From Psammoneis japonica (lineage: Eukaryota): DNA of 64,000 bases. Made by a program: the position numbers and the translations under genes. The stretch is taken from positions 1 to 64,000 of the forward strand of contig QPGO01000191.1 in assembly GCA_008632985.1 (NCBI GenBank), given 5' to 3'. The notes beneath the pieces were generated by a model. It was not told the origin of the DNA and did no database searches. It was given only the letters and a program-made list of their open reading frames with translations. Below are positions 34,790 through 46,309 of the stretch, one piece after another (the first letter of the stretch is position 1; every line of letters starts with the position of its first letter).

Positions 34790-37219
34790 TTAGCTCGGAG
34801 CCGCACCGGGGTCAACATCAAAGTCCGTGTCTTCCAAAATCATTTCTTGCAGAGCTTCTCCGGGCGCCACAAGCGGCAAGCACGGTGTACGTTCGATACG
34901 AACATGAAACAAGACGGGCTCGTCGGGATCCGAAAACAAAAATTCATGCATTTTTGCTTCGAGATCTTCTTCACAATCGCAATACAAACTCTTGATTCCA
35001 AACGCACTCGCCAGTTTGACGTAATCGGGATTCTTTTCATTCCTCACCGCCAAATACCGTTCGTCGTGGAACAAGCGTTGCCAGTATTCCACCATCATTT
35101 GGGCTTCATTGTCCAAAATGATAATCTTGACAGGAATTTTCTGTTCCGCCACGGTTTTCAATTCGGTAAAGGTCATGTTGAAGCTGCCATCGCCATCCAC
35201 GGCAATCACAATTTTTCCTCCATTGGCCAGCTTGGCGCCAATGGCATACCCCAGGGCGACACCCATGGTTCCCAACGAACCACTGCTCAACATTTGTCGT
35301 GGTTTCGTCCATGTAATGAGCTGCGCGGCAACCATTTGGTGAATACCCACGCCCGTGGAGAAAATGGCATTGTCCATTTGGTCCGCCTGCAAGAGCTGGG
35401 CATTGAGAGTGGAAATCACGTGTTGTGCCGACATTGTTGTTTTTGGCAACGTCAGAGAGTGGCCCGTCTGGGGATCTTGGACCGTCACGTCGCGAGTCGG
35501 GAATTTCGGAACCTTGACGGGGAATTCGTGTTGCAGCTGTGTCATGTGTTCCAACCAAGCCTGGGTTTGCGTCGGTTTAATCAAATCGTCATTGGCAAAC
35601 GCTGCATTCATGGTTTGAAGAAAGTTCTTTCCTGTAGAATGAACAAAGTAGGTTGGTTCCACCTGTTTGGCTCTCTCCGAAAGACGAATATCGACATGAA
35701 TAATTCCACCACGCCCCTCCAGGGCGGCCCGCTTGGCTTCGGGAACAAAGTCGGATGGACGTCCCGTGATGCGATCATCAAATCGCGATCCAATGCAAAT
35801 AATCAAATCGGATTCTTGCACCAAAAAGTTGGGTGTCGGATGACCGTGCATACCCATCATGTTGAGCGCCAAGGGGTGTCGTTCATCAAAACTGCCCAAC
35901 GCGTGCAACGTGGACGTGACGGGAATATTTAAGCGTTCAGCAAACTCTCGCAATTCGTCCGGACAATCGTTGCAACCCTGTCCGGCAATAATGACGGGTT
36001 TCTTGGCTTGTCGAATGATCTTTTTCATTCCCTTCATAATCTGCGACGTGGGAGCCAAATCACCGACGGTTGCCTCGACGGCGGCTTCAATCGACTGTTG
36101 CGCAACGCGCCTCGTGTTGACAATCGACGAGTCTTGCTTGAAAACCTTGTTGGACGTGTGATGGTCGGCGTGATAGGCTGTCACCTTGTTGGGTCTTGGC
36201 AACGCCGTCACTTGGAGTGCGCCATTTTGGGATGGTGCAATGAAAAAGGGTAATCCCTCCTTGGCGTGTCCCAGATGAATCGCCTTTGTGGATTGTCCAT
36301 TAGGCAAGGCTTGTGTGATTAAACGGCAAAAGGACGTTTCGTCCATTTGATTGGCTTCCGACACGGTCCGTTCCGTAAAAGAATCCATCAGCTCGGGTGT
36401 CAGAATTTGATTTTGCAAATCTTTGGGCAAATCCACAAAGACGGGTCCCGGTCTGCCGTGTGTCGCGACGAAAAAGGCGTAATCCATCACCATGGGGATT
36501 TCGGCTGCCGACTTGATTTGGTAACTCCACTTGGTACAGGGAGACGTCATGTCTACGGCAGGTGCCGATTGAAAAGCGTCCTGAGGAGCCGTAGTGGCGG
36601 CTTGTCCGCACATGACCAACATGGGAACTCCGTCACAGATGGCGTCCTGAAGGGGCGTAATGAGATTCGTCACGCCCGGGCCGGATGTCGCAATGGCGAC
36701 GCCAATGGGGAATTCTCCGGGTAAACTCTTGGCGTATCCTTCGGCGATATGACCAGCAGAACTCTCGTTGGAATTGGTAATCCAACGAATCGGCTCTTTA
36801 TGGGCAGCAGCATGCCTCGGATGGTCCGGGTGGAATTGATCCAACAGGGGGAGATTGGCTCCTCCAGAATAGCCGTTCACCACCGTCACGCCGTATTCTT
36901 CCAACTTGGAATACACAATGGCCGCACCCGATTGTCCCTCATACTGAGAAAGATAGGATCGAGTCGAAGCTTGCACCTGTTGCGCCGATTGAGGAGTTAC
37001 AACGGGAGTCTGTGGCTGTTGTTCTAGAACAATCTTGGAAATATCTGTCGGCGTAGTTGATACCCCCAAGTTCTCTCGGTCCACGATAGCACTCGAAAGG
37101 GACCAACCATTTTGTCTTTGCTGTTGTTGCTGCCGTACAACTCCAAAGTTGGATGGAGTAAAGGCTGCCGCCGATGGGGCCGACAATACGAGAAGAAGAG
37201 CTGCCGTCGTGAGCTTCAT
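34790..37219 (-). CDS. ALS: Acetolactate synthase catalytic subunit, plastid-targeted
   Basis: GYSGGANLP, ATSGPGVTN, GRPGPVFVDLPKD, MMGMHG, RFDDR, SSGSLGTMG, DGDGSF..N; signal peptide followed by AAAFTP. Confidence 0.95.
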   Translation of the reverse strand: MKLTTAALLLVLSAPSAAAFTPSNFGVVRQQQQQRQNGWSLSSAIVDRENLGVSTTPTDISKIVLEQQPQTPVVTPQSAQQVQASTRSYLSQYEGQSGAAIVYSKLEEYGVTVVNGYSGGANLPLLDQFHPDHPRHAAAHKEPIRWITNSNESSAGHIAEGYAKSLPGEFPIGVAIATSGPGVTNLITPLQDAICDGVPMLVMCGQAATTAPQDAFQSAPAVDMTSPCTKWSYQIKSAAEIPMVMDYAFFVATHGRPGPVFVDLPKDLQNQILTPELMDSFTERTVSEANQMDETSFCRLITQALPNGQSTKAIHLGHAKEGLPFFIAPSQNGALQVTALPRPNKVTAYHADHHTSNKVFKQDSSIVNTRRVAQQSIEAAVEATVGDLAPTSQIMKGMKKIIRQAKKPVIIAGQGCNDCPDELREFAERLNIPVTSTLHALGSFDERHPLALNMMGMHGHPTPNFLVQESDLIICIGSRFDDRITGRPSDFVPEAKRAALEGRGGIIHVDIRLSERAKQVEPTYFVHSTGKNFLQTMNAAFANDDLIKPTQTQAWLEHMTQLQHEFPVKVPKFPTRDVTVQDPQTGHSLTLPKTTMSAQHVISTLNAQLLQADQMDNAIFSTGVGIHQMVAAQLITWTKPRQMLSSGSLGTMGVALGYAIGAKLANGGKIVIAVDGDGSFNMTFTELKTVAEQKIPVKIIILDNEAQMMVEYWQRLFHDERYLAVRNEKNPDYVKLASAFGIKSLYCDCEEDLEAKMHEFLFSDPDEPVLFHVRIERTPCLPLVAPGEALQEMILEDTDFDVDPGAAPS

Positions 37220-38090
37220 AGTTTCGTTGTTGCTGCTGTATTTTCTCTACTGCGCTGCTATTTCAGAACGGACCAACCGTCCGCTTGTCAAGTGAAAAAA
37301 AAGAGTCTTGTTTGTGTGATTGAGATGCCCGAGGGCCAAAAGCGTAACAGCAGAAAGCGTTGCTTCGTTCTTCACACCCTCTTGGCGATGTTTTTGGAGA
37401 TGAGGCGGTGATCATTTTTTTTTCGAATGGCTTGCTGCTGCAAGGCTGGTATGTTTCCACGTAGAATCTACGCAATAAGTGTGGGACTGGCCTCATTCCG
37501 TAGAATGCTACGCAGCTTGTACTAAACCTTGATGGGTGGCAAGGGCTTTCAGAGCCACCCGTCTCCAGAAGATGTAGCCACGTCATCAGGGTTCGCTTTT
37601 TCTACAGGAGCTTCAGTACAAACCCAAGTTGAAGTGTGTGAGTGTGTCAACATGACGTGACGTTGGGGTGACATTGCCCCAGTGTCATGGATACAAATTT
37701 ATACAGCATTAATGAAAATGTAATAGATGCACTTCGATTGTGCCTTTCAACCACTGTGACTGGCTGTGCGCCGAAGCTGGAAACGCACTTCTTCTTGCAA
37801 CACAGCAGTGCAAGGGGGAGCAATCAAGGAGGAGTGCCGCAAAATGGAAAGAGCAGATAAGACCAACCAAGAGTGTGTTGCAGATGATGCTTTGCTGCAA
37901 AACATTTCTCCTGGAGAGAAAGAGCCCCTCGCTGCCGCTTCTCCCCCAGCTCTGCAGCAATGCACACACAAGCAGCTGCAGCAGTGCACAGCACATTTTC
38001 ATGAAAGCAAGCAGGGTCATTGAGAAGAGGCAGAGAGAGACAGAGAGAGAGGGGGGGAGAGAGAGAGAGAGGGAGAGAGAGAGAGAGACA

Positions 38091-39870
38091 GCTCACCCAT
38101 CTGGAGTGCGGTCTGGCCTTGTCGTGGGGCTTCAAAATTCTTTGGCTGCTTTCTTTTGTGCAGTGCTGGCTTCTCTGATTTGTTTGTCACATTTGTTGGC
38201 AGTGGTGATTCCAGAGAATGAGAGCTCTGATCCATCTGGAGCACTGTGTCTGGCCTTGTCATGGGGTTGCTTTTCTGCTGCAAACACTTCATTGACGACG
38301 TCTTTGGCACTTGTGCACTGTGCTTGAAGAACGAGTGCAAACAAACAAAGTGCAAATTGTGAGATTAAATTTTGCTCTGTGATTTTTGGTTTCTCCAAAC
38401 AAGCTCTCAATGGCCCAAAGCTTCTGCACTACTTCTGCAAACAAAAGGCCTTTCAGAGAATGCAGTCGTGACAACAGATTGTCCGAATGCGGCCGACTGG
38501 CATTGACACGTGAGATGTCAACATCATCTGTCAATCACATTTGCAATTTTTGACTTCTGATCAACTTTGTGTGATTGTTTTGTCCTTTGTGTGCATCCAC
38601 GGCTGTGGTGCGATTGACACATGTGCAGCGCACAATTGCAATTTTGTGTGTGTGACAGTTGCATGCTGCACTTGGCATGTCCCGACCAACCCTGCCACCA
38701 ATGCTGCAACCTGGGAAGCATTTGCCTCCAAGCTCAATGACTTTAATGTCACCTGGATCACAGGCCCCAGAAGCCACAAGTGAGCTTCATGGACCTCACA
38801 ATCTCACTCCAAGTCTCACACCTTCATGCCACCCACTGTGAAAAAGAAATGAGTTTGTGCATGTCCATCCCACCACACTCAGCTCACCCGCCTGGAGCAC
38901 TCACCGGCCCAATCACAGGCATGCTCTTTTGCTTTGAAAACCTCTGCTCTAACCAAGGAGATGATGCCAAAGCAAAAATGAAACTGCTCTGCCACTGACT
39001 GCAAGCCTGAGGCCACAAGCCCAGCAAACCACTGCCACTCTTCCACAAAGCATGTGCAAACCTCATCTTTGGCAATGCTGCCACAGCTGAAGAGCCCAGT
39101 TGAAGAACCCTGTCTTCTTGCACATCCCATGCCATCCAAATGACCCACCATCAAGCAAACTTTGGAAGCTCTGGAAAGGTGCAATGGCCCACCCTCTCTG
39201 CTCACAACCTCTCTCAAACCTCCGCAACCACGTGCAACAATGCATCAGACTCGATCACACCATTGTTGCTCTGCTCTGCAGTTGCTCACACAACCTTGGA
39301 AATTTGCTCTCATGCTGCAACCTTTGCATCTCACATGGCCCCCAGTTTCATCCTGCTGGATCGCAAACAGAGAGGCTGTTAAGAGAGAGAGAAAGAGAGA
39401 GAGAGATGAAGAGCAACACACGATTCGAACCATTTGAATCAATTGGGTGCCCAGTCTGCCCCTCACCCCCCAGATCTTTTGAGTGCAACAACTTCAACCA
39501 TGCAAACAACAGCAGCCAGCCACTGATGAAGCCACTGCAAAAGTCTCACTTTTCTGACTTTGGTGCCAACATTGTTGTGCCTGCTGTTCGCTGCAACAGC
39601 TGGACAAATGTCTGAACAAGTGGCTCCACCTTGGCCACCTGTGTCTTCTTGTTTGTCACATTTGACAGATTCAAGAGAGAGAGCTCACCCATCTGGAGTG
39701 CTGTCTGGCATTGTCATGGGGTCCCCCCATTTAAAAATCTTTGCTTTCTTCTGTGCCACACTGGCTTCTCTGATTTGTTTGTCACATTTGTTGGCAGTGG
39801 TTGCTCCAGAGAGAGAGCTCTCATCCATCTGGAGCAATGTCTGGCCTTGTCACGGGGTTGCTTTTCCACT
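38091..39870 (+). repeat. ~190-bp direct repeats (38091-38280 and 39683-39870) flanking the Penelope-like fragment; (GA)n microsatellites nearby
   Basis: Both copies share gctcacccatctggagtgc..ctggcttctctgatttgtttgtcacatttgttggcagtgg..catctggagca. Confidence 0.75.
38700..39340 (+). mobile_element. Penelope-like retroelement RT/thumb fragment, degenerate
   Basis: FMDLTISL..HATHCEKEMSLCMSIPPHSAHPPG, matching consensus LYEK.MNLY.YIPP.S.HPPG with Y->H/C; also FLHIPCHP.DP and HNLGNLLS. Confidence 0.7.
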
Positions 39871-40121
39871 TCAAAAATCTCTGCTCCAACCCAAAGATGG
39901 TGCAAAAGCAAAAATGCAAGCTTGCAAGCTGCTGCAAGCCTGACAAGCTGCTGCAGCTCTTCAAGCCATGGGCCTGCACTCTTCACTTGCAGCTCCCCCC
40001 CCCTCTGATGCTCACAACCACACTTGGCATTGAACTGGACTCACCTGCATGATTGTGCACAGCAGCCAAACCCACAATCTTGGCACAACATCCACTCATG
40101 CTGTGACCTTCCCATCCCCCC

Positions 40122-40133
40122 NNNNNNNNNNNN
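40122..40133. other. Assembly gap (N run)
   Basis: 12 N characters. Confidence 1.
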
Positions 40134-40537
40134 CCCCCTCTCCATGCACTGACAGTGGCCAAGAGAGAGAGAGAGAGAGCAGTGCATCTGCTTGGGTCAT
40201 GCCATTTGTTTGCTGAGAGCATGTGCAAGTGAGAGGAAGAGAGAGCTGGACTGCACGAGAAACTGCATTGAAAAAACAATCAAACAAATCCACTGACCTG
40301 TCTTCTGCTGGTCAGATTTTTTAAACACAATGACAGCAGCCAGCCACTGACAAAGCCACCACAAAAGTCTTGCTCCTTGCTTTGGCCCAACATTGTTGTG
40401 CCTGTCATTTGCTGAACAGTTGGACAAATGTCCAAACTGGCAGCTCCCACCTTGGCTGGTTTCACTCTTGTTTGTCACATGTTGCAGAGAATTGGCTGTG
40501 CTGATTCTGTTCATTTGTTTGAGTGAGAGAGAGAGAG

Positions 40538-40572
<35 letters not shown>

Positions 40573-41999
40573 CAGAGACAGAGAGAGAGACAGAGCAGTG
40601 CATCTGCCTGGGTCATCATGTCATTTGTTTGCTCAGAGTCTGTGCAACCTTCTGCAGCACCAGATCTTTCCCAACACAACAGCTTCAAGAACCATGTTGA
40701 CAACAGCAGCCAGCTCATCTGCAAAACATTTTCTCCACATTCAATGAAAGAGCAATTGACCAACACTTTGGCATGATGACAGAACATTGACACATTTTTC
40801 TCTGCCTCATTTTTACAATTCATTTTTACAATGCAAGGTGTGTGATGCTTCTTTGTCATTCAGCAAACAACAATTGTCTGAAATGTTCAGCTTGTTTGAA
40901 TGTGCAAAACAAAAGTGTGAAATGACAAGTTGCAAAGAACTGCAAAAAATCTTGTGATAAAAAATGCACAACTTGTTCTTCATCTGTTTTGATTTTGGGT
41001 TGTGTTTGCTGAGTTGTTGTTTGCTTTGTTCACAATTGTCTGGCATGCTCATGTGTGTGTGTCCTTGCTGTTGTTTGCACCAGAAACAAAGAGCCAACAC
41101 CGCACCTGTGCACAATTGTTTGCTGCTCATTTGCAGTTTGTCTGTTGACCAATGCATTGCAGTTTGCATTCTGTGCAGCTCACATTGCACTGACCAATTG
41201 TGACATTTGGTTTTTGCTGCCAGCCCTTGTTTGCGATCTGCCTCTTTCACCAAAATTGCTTCCTGCCTTCCAACCTTGACAACTGGAGACACTCATAATT
41301 TCTTGCATCTTGCCAGCTTCTTGCCCACCATCCCTTGATTTGCTGTCCCTTGACGTGTCATCTCCCTGCAGCTCAGCATTTGACAGAACATTGTGCTGTT
41401 GCACAACATTTGTGAAGACTTCATTGATCATTTCTGTGCCTCAGCTTTCTCACCTTTTTGTTGTTTTTTGCACAAAACAACCATCTGGCCAAGAATTTCT
41501 GCTGGCACTTTGTGTGCTCTTCTTTTGTTGATGACAACAAATGCAGCAAAGCCAATTGTGAGCATTGTGCTTCTCTTTTGAACATGTTTGACAAAACCTG
41601 TTTTGTTTCTTGTGCCCTCACCTTGTTGACATCATCCATTGTTCTTTCATCTTTTTTCAGACAACCAGTGTGCTTGCTTCACTTTGTCCCCATGTTCCTT
41701 TGTTGCGTTGGTGCATGGTGGCATTGCAAGTGTGCTGTGTCTTTTCAAATCATCAACTCATGTCAGCACCCACGGCCCCCTTTTTTGTGTTGCACCTGTC
41801 TGCGTGGGCTGCAAAGAATGAGTTTTCACTCACATGTTTTTTCCCTGCTTTTTTGCTTCAGTGTGGTTTTGAATTTTTTTTTGTTTTTTGGCAAAGGTGT
41901 TTCTGTTTGTGCACGCCATTCTTTGTTCTCACCTCTCAATGACATTGCTGTTGTGTCTGCATGTGTCACAATTCATTTTGAGTCTTGTTTGGCACTTTC

Positions 42000-44900
42000 C
42001 ATTCTTGCATGGAACACTCCATCTTGCTCACAATTTTCTGTTCAAAGATTCATTGACTTGCTTGCAACATCACCCTGTCTGAGATGCAGGAACACAGAGC
42101 TTTCATCTTGCACTCCTTCACTCCCCACAGCAACAGCACAACAGGTTTGCCACCAGGCTTTGTTTGTTTGCCATGGTGCCAAGAAGAAAACGAGCAAAGA
42201 CTCTGGCCAGGTCGATGAAGGTTGTGGTTTGCACCCCAGCAAACTTGTTGAGTTTGACACCATCCCCAGCTCATCTCATGATCTTGCCTGTGAATCAATG
42301 GAAAGTTTGTCAACCCTTCCCAACACCAGTCCACATTGAGGCTCCTCACTGGTGGGGTTCACACTTGGCCAGCTTTCTGCATCACGTTGGTTTCTCAGCA
42401 TCAGAAAAATTGTTGGACAAGCCAACAAAACTAAAAAAAAGAGCCTCAAATCCAACAAAATGAAGAGGCAACTCTGAACAAGGCCAAAATGATCTCTGAT
42501 CTCAAGGAAAAAGCAAAAATTTTGAGTTGCTGTCATGATGCAGATGAAGACATGGGCTTTTGGATGGTGATGCAGAGACCAAGAAATCCCTTGGTGAGCA
42601 GAAATTGTGAAACTCAAAAAGGACAGAATGGCATTGCATGGAAAAGTGAAACATCTGAAAGACTGCACCTCCAGTTTGAAACACAAGAAGAAGTCTGGCA
42701 GCAAAAAACAGCTGCAAAAATTGGAGGAGTTTCTTCAGTTTGTGTGCACCACTGCCTTTGGGAACCATCTGTCAATTTTCCAATTGCTCTTTGGACTTGG
42801 CTTTTCATCCAAGTTGGTGAGTGTTGCTTGGATCAATGCATCTGTCTCCATTGTTGCATTGTCTTTCTTTCCATTTCCCAACTCCCTCCTTTCTTCAGGT
42901 CATTGTCAACAAACAGAGTGTGGACAACACTATGGCATCTGCCACTTCATTTGACTTGACTTTTTGCAGTGCCTGCCATGTGTGACCTTGTTGTCAAACA
43001 TGCCACTGGTCAGCATCTCTGAAAAACAGGCAAGCACACATTTGACAGCCCTGCTTGTCATGCCTGTTTCTGGAACAAGAGGATGTTTCAGCCCAAGCTC
43101 TTCATGCTTTCAACCAAGAGTGCAGCTGTTTCAACCAGCTGCCAAAGAAGATCATCACTCCCTTTCTTCCAGTGGAGCACAGCACTTTGGAGCCAATGAG
43201 AAAACCCCACCAACATTTTGGACAAGTTGGAAAAAATTCATCATCTGAGTCTGAAACATTGTCAGAGCTGCCTGTTCCCTCAGAGGGCATTTGGCACCTT
43301 CTTCCAATGCCGCCATGAGAGAAGTGCCCCTCCCTTGCTGACTTTGGCAACACATGACAGTTGAGCAGGGCCTCAAGCAAGTGCTTCATGGTTGTCAAAA
43401 GATGAAACAAATGATGCACTTTCCTGGGCAGATGTCCATTGATGCCATTGACGCTGCCCCCAACATTTGGAATGTCCCAGAGTGCAGCTTCAACAAGGAG
43501 CTGAAAAACTCTCCTGAGCTGATGCTCTGGCAGAAGTCACTTTTTGCCATGTTCTCTTGACTCCACAACCTTGAATGAATCTTCAACCATCTTGGAAATC
43601 TGAGATTGACAAACAAACTCATGAACAAAGGCAGGGTCATCCTGAGCTTTTGGGGGGTGCCACAATCAGGGGCCATTCCAGAGAAGTTGGAGGAGTGAGA
43701 GCTGCAATGGCAAAACACATGTCATCACCCATGTGGCCTTTTGTGATGCCTGTTGTCATGCACAAGCAGAGGTGCAAATGATGAATGCCAAGTTTGTCAC
43801 CATGGTCAATCCGTGTTCCTTGCTTCACAGATGCAAGGGCTTTGGTTTCAGCAAAAACAAAACAAAGAGCATCATGGCAAAACTTGATGCAGCTCTCTTG
43901 CCAGTCCACTGTGTTCTGTCCTCAGTCCTTTCATCACAGGACTTGGGACACATTGGGGTCATGCCCAGAACAAACCAGCTCTTTGCTGGGTGGCAGAAAC
44001 AATTGTCAATGTCTCCAATCATGGTGCAAAGAACTGGCTGGGTGACCAGCCTCCCTGTTTGGTCGCAGAAGGTTGAGTTGTCAAAAGCAGGCAATGGTGG
44101 GGTGACAGTGAAGTGAGGGCGGGTCTGGTGGGCAGTCATCATCAAGTGTTTTCCAGGTCCTGTCACAGCTCTTAACAAGCTTCTTTCCACCAACCACTGC
44201 TGTTCAGAGGCCTGCAAACACAGTTGCTGGGATCTTTGGCACTGTGCTGGTGCTCTTCACAGAGTCACATGGCATCTTTGTGAAACTGCAGATCTTGGAA
44301 AAGACAGCAGGCATTGTAGAACAAAGAAGATTGGCGCACATGCATGGGAGGGAATTCAGGACCAGCATGCCTTGGCAAGGAGGTGGGCTGGCACAAGGAA
44401 GACACTTCTTCTTCATTCGGCTCATGGTTGTTGTGCACAGGACAGAATCTTGCTAAACTTGCCATTGCTCTGGGGTGCACAGTGGCAGAAGGGAAGAATG
44501 TCTTGGCACAAGTGAGCCAGAAGGTGGTTGTTTCTCATCATGACAACAAGGTCCTCTTCCACAGGATGAAGCTTCTTTGTCAAAGAACTCCTCATTTTCA
44601 GAGCATGGCTGTCTTGAAGAAGAGATGCAATGGAGCCAAGGTCCTCAATGTTGATGGGATCTGCAAACTCAAAGGAACCATCTGAGGTCAAACCACACAC
44701 ATCTTCATTGTGCAAAGGCTGAAACAAAGATTCAAAGTTGTCTTGAAAATGCCTGACCCCATCATTGCTGTGAACTGTGGGTGCATCAGAGTCATCACCT
44801 GATGATCACCTGTGTCATCAACAGAAGAGTTGCTGCAAGAAAAAACACTGGGAGATTCCTTTGGGCATCCACCAGGGAGGAAAGCACAATGGTGGGGTCA

Positions 44901-45000
44901 AAATGATGCATCCATGAGACAAACACTCAAAGCAATGTTGCTGAGGAGTGTGGATTGGAGGCTGTTGCCAGCTGAGGTGCTGAGGCTGCTCTCCATCACA
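42000..45000 (-). mobile_element. Degenerate DNA transposase remnant, Plavaka/CACTA-like
   Basis: Fragments QPVLCTMIGDID..KSWFVLGM, FCHDALCFVF..HLHLCLCM..G.DDM.CHCSSH..DC and HHLFHL resemble Plavaka-type transposases after reverting C/H to Y/R. Confidence 0.45.
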
Positions 45001-46309
45001 GTTGCATCTTCCTGATGAGGTGATGGAGTTTGCTCCACAAGCTGCAGAGAAGATGCCTTCCTTGAAAAGAAAGGAACATCATTGAGATCATCAGCAACAT
45101 GACAAGAGGGGCTCATTGCAAAATGTCAGTTGAGAGAGCTCTTGGAGGCAAAGGTTGCAAACAAACATTTGGAGTTGGGATGCTGGTGCTCAGCCGTTGT
45201 CAATGAAAAGGAGCGCAAAATGGAGAACAGTGAGTTTCTTGTCAGAGGGAGCACAACTCAAGCAAAACAAAAGAGAGTGGGGCTTGGGTTGCAAACTGCC
45301 AAAGCACAACATTGGAGCATTCCTAAAAACACAAAAACACAAATTTGTGACAAAGTTGAGGACAGAAATTCTGGCGCAAAAAAGCACCAATTTGCACACA
45401 AATGCACAAATTTGTTTTTGACAAGTTGGCCTCATCGCACAAATTTTTGATGACACACAAATCATGGCACACAACCCAATCAACTCACACAGTTGCTTGC
45501 AAGAAATGAATGATGTGCCACTCTCTCCACCATGCATCCATGACATGGGGCTGCCATCATCATTTGTTGCTTTCATGGAATGGCCCAAGTGCACATGATG
45601 TTTGATGGAATGGGGTGGGACTGCTGTGTTTCTGAGCATCAGTTGCTGCCCTCTCAAGAAAGGTGGGCACACAGGATTGTGTGCATGTGTTGGCAGTTGG
45701 CAGTTGGCATCAACTGCATTGGCAATCATGGGACTGCAGTTTGTTGCTGCATTTGCAATGGACAGAGTGCACTTGTTGTCCAACTGAGTGGTTTGCAGCA
45801 TGTGCAAAGACAGTGACAAAACATTGGTTTCTCATGGGATTGACCACTGCCACCATGCTCCTCTCCAACAGCCATGCAAGTGTTGCTCACAATTTGTTTC
45901 TCTCTCTCACACACTTTGCACTCATGCCATGTCATCCAACACTGTGCCCAGCTGCGACAGTGACAACGACTGCAGTCCAGGCCTGAGTGGCAATCACCAT
46001 GCTGCAGCAGGCAACTGCACACCTCCTCATCTCTTCATGCTGGCAGTGTGTGTCTGGAAGCAGTGACAGTGTCTCCTCATGTCATCACACCAGTGCAGTG
46101 GATCCGGTGGCAGTGATGGAAATGAAAAAGCATGAAAGTCAAGCAAGCCAAAGGGTTTGATGAACATCCCAAAGAAGAAAAAAAAGACAAAGGTCACCAC
46201 TCTAAAGCATGGTGGCAAAAGCAGAGGTGAGAACAAGTGGATCTTCCATTGTGCACTTTTTGCTCAACTTTGCACTTCTGATGCAATGCCACTGTCTGTT
46301 TCCTTTTCC

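Noticed and set aside
34541..35932. 463-aa + strand ORF
   Set aside because: Antisense shadow of acetolactate synthase, with no domain of its own.
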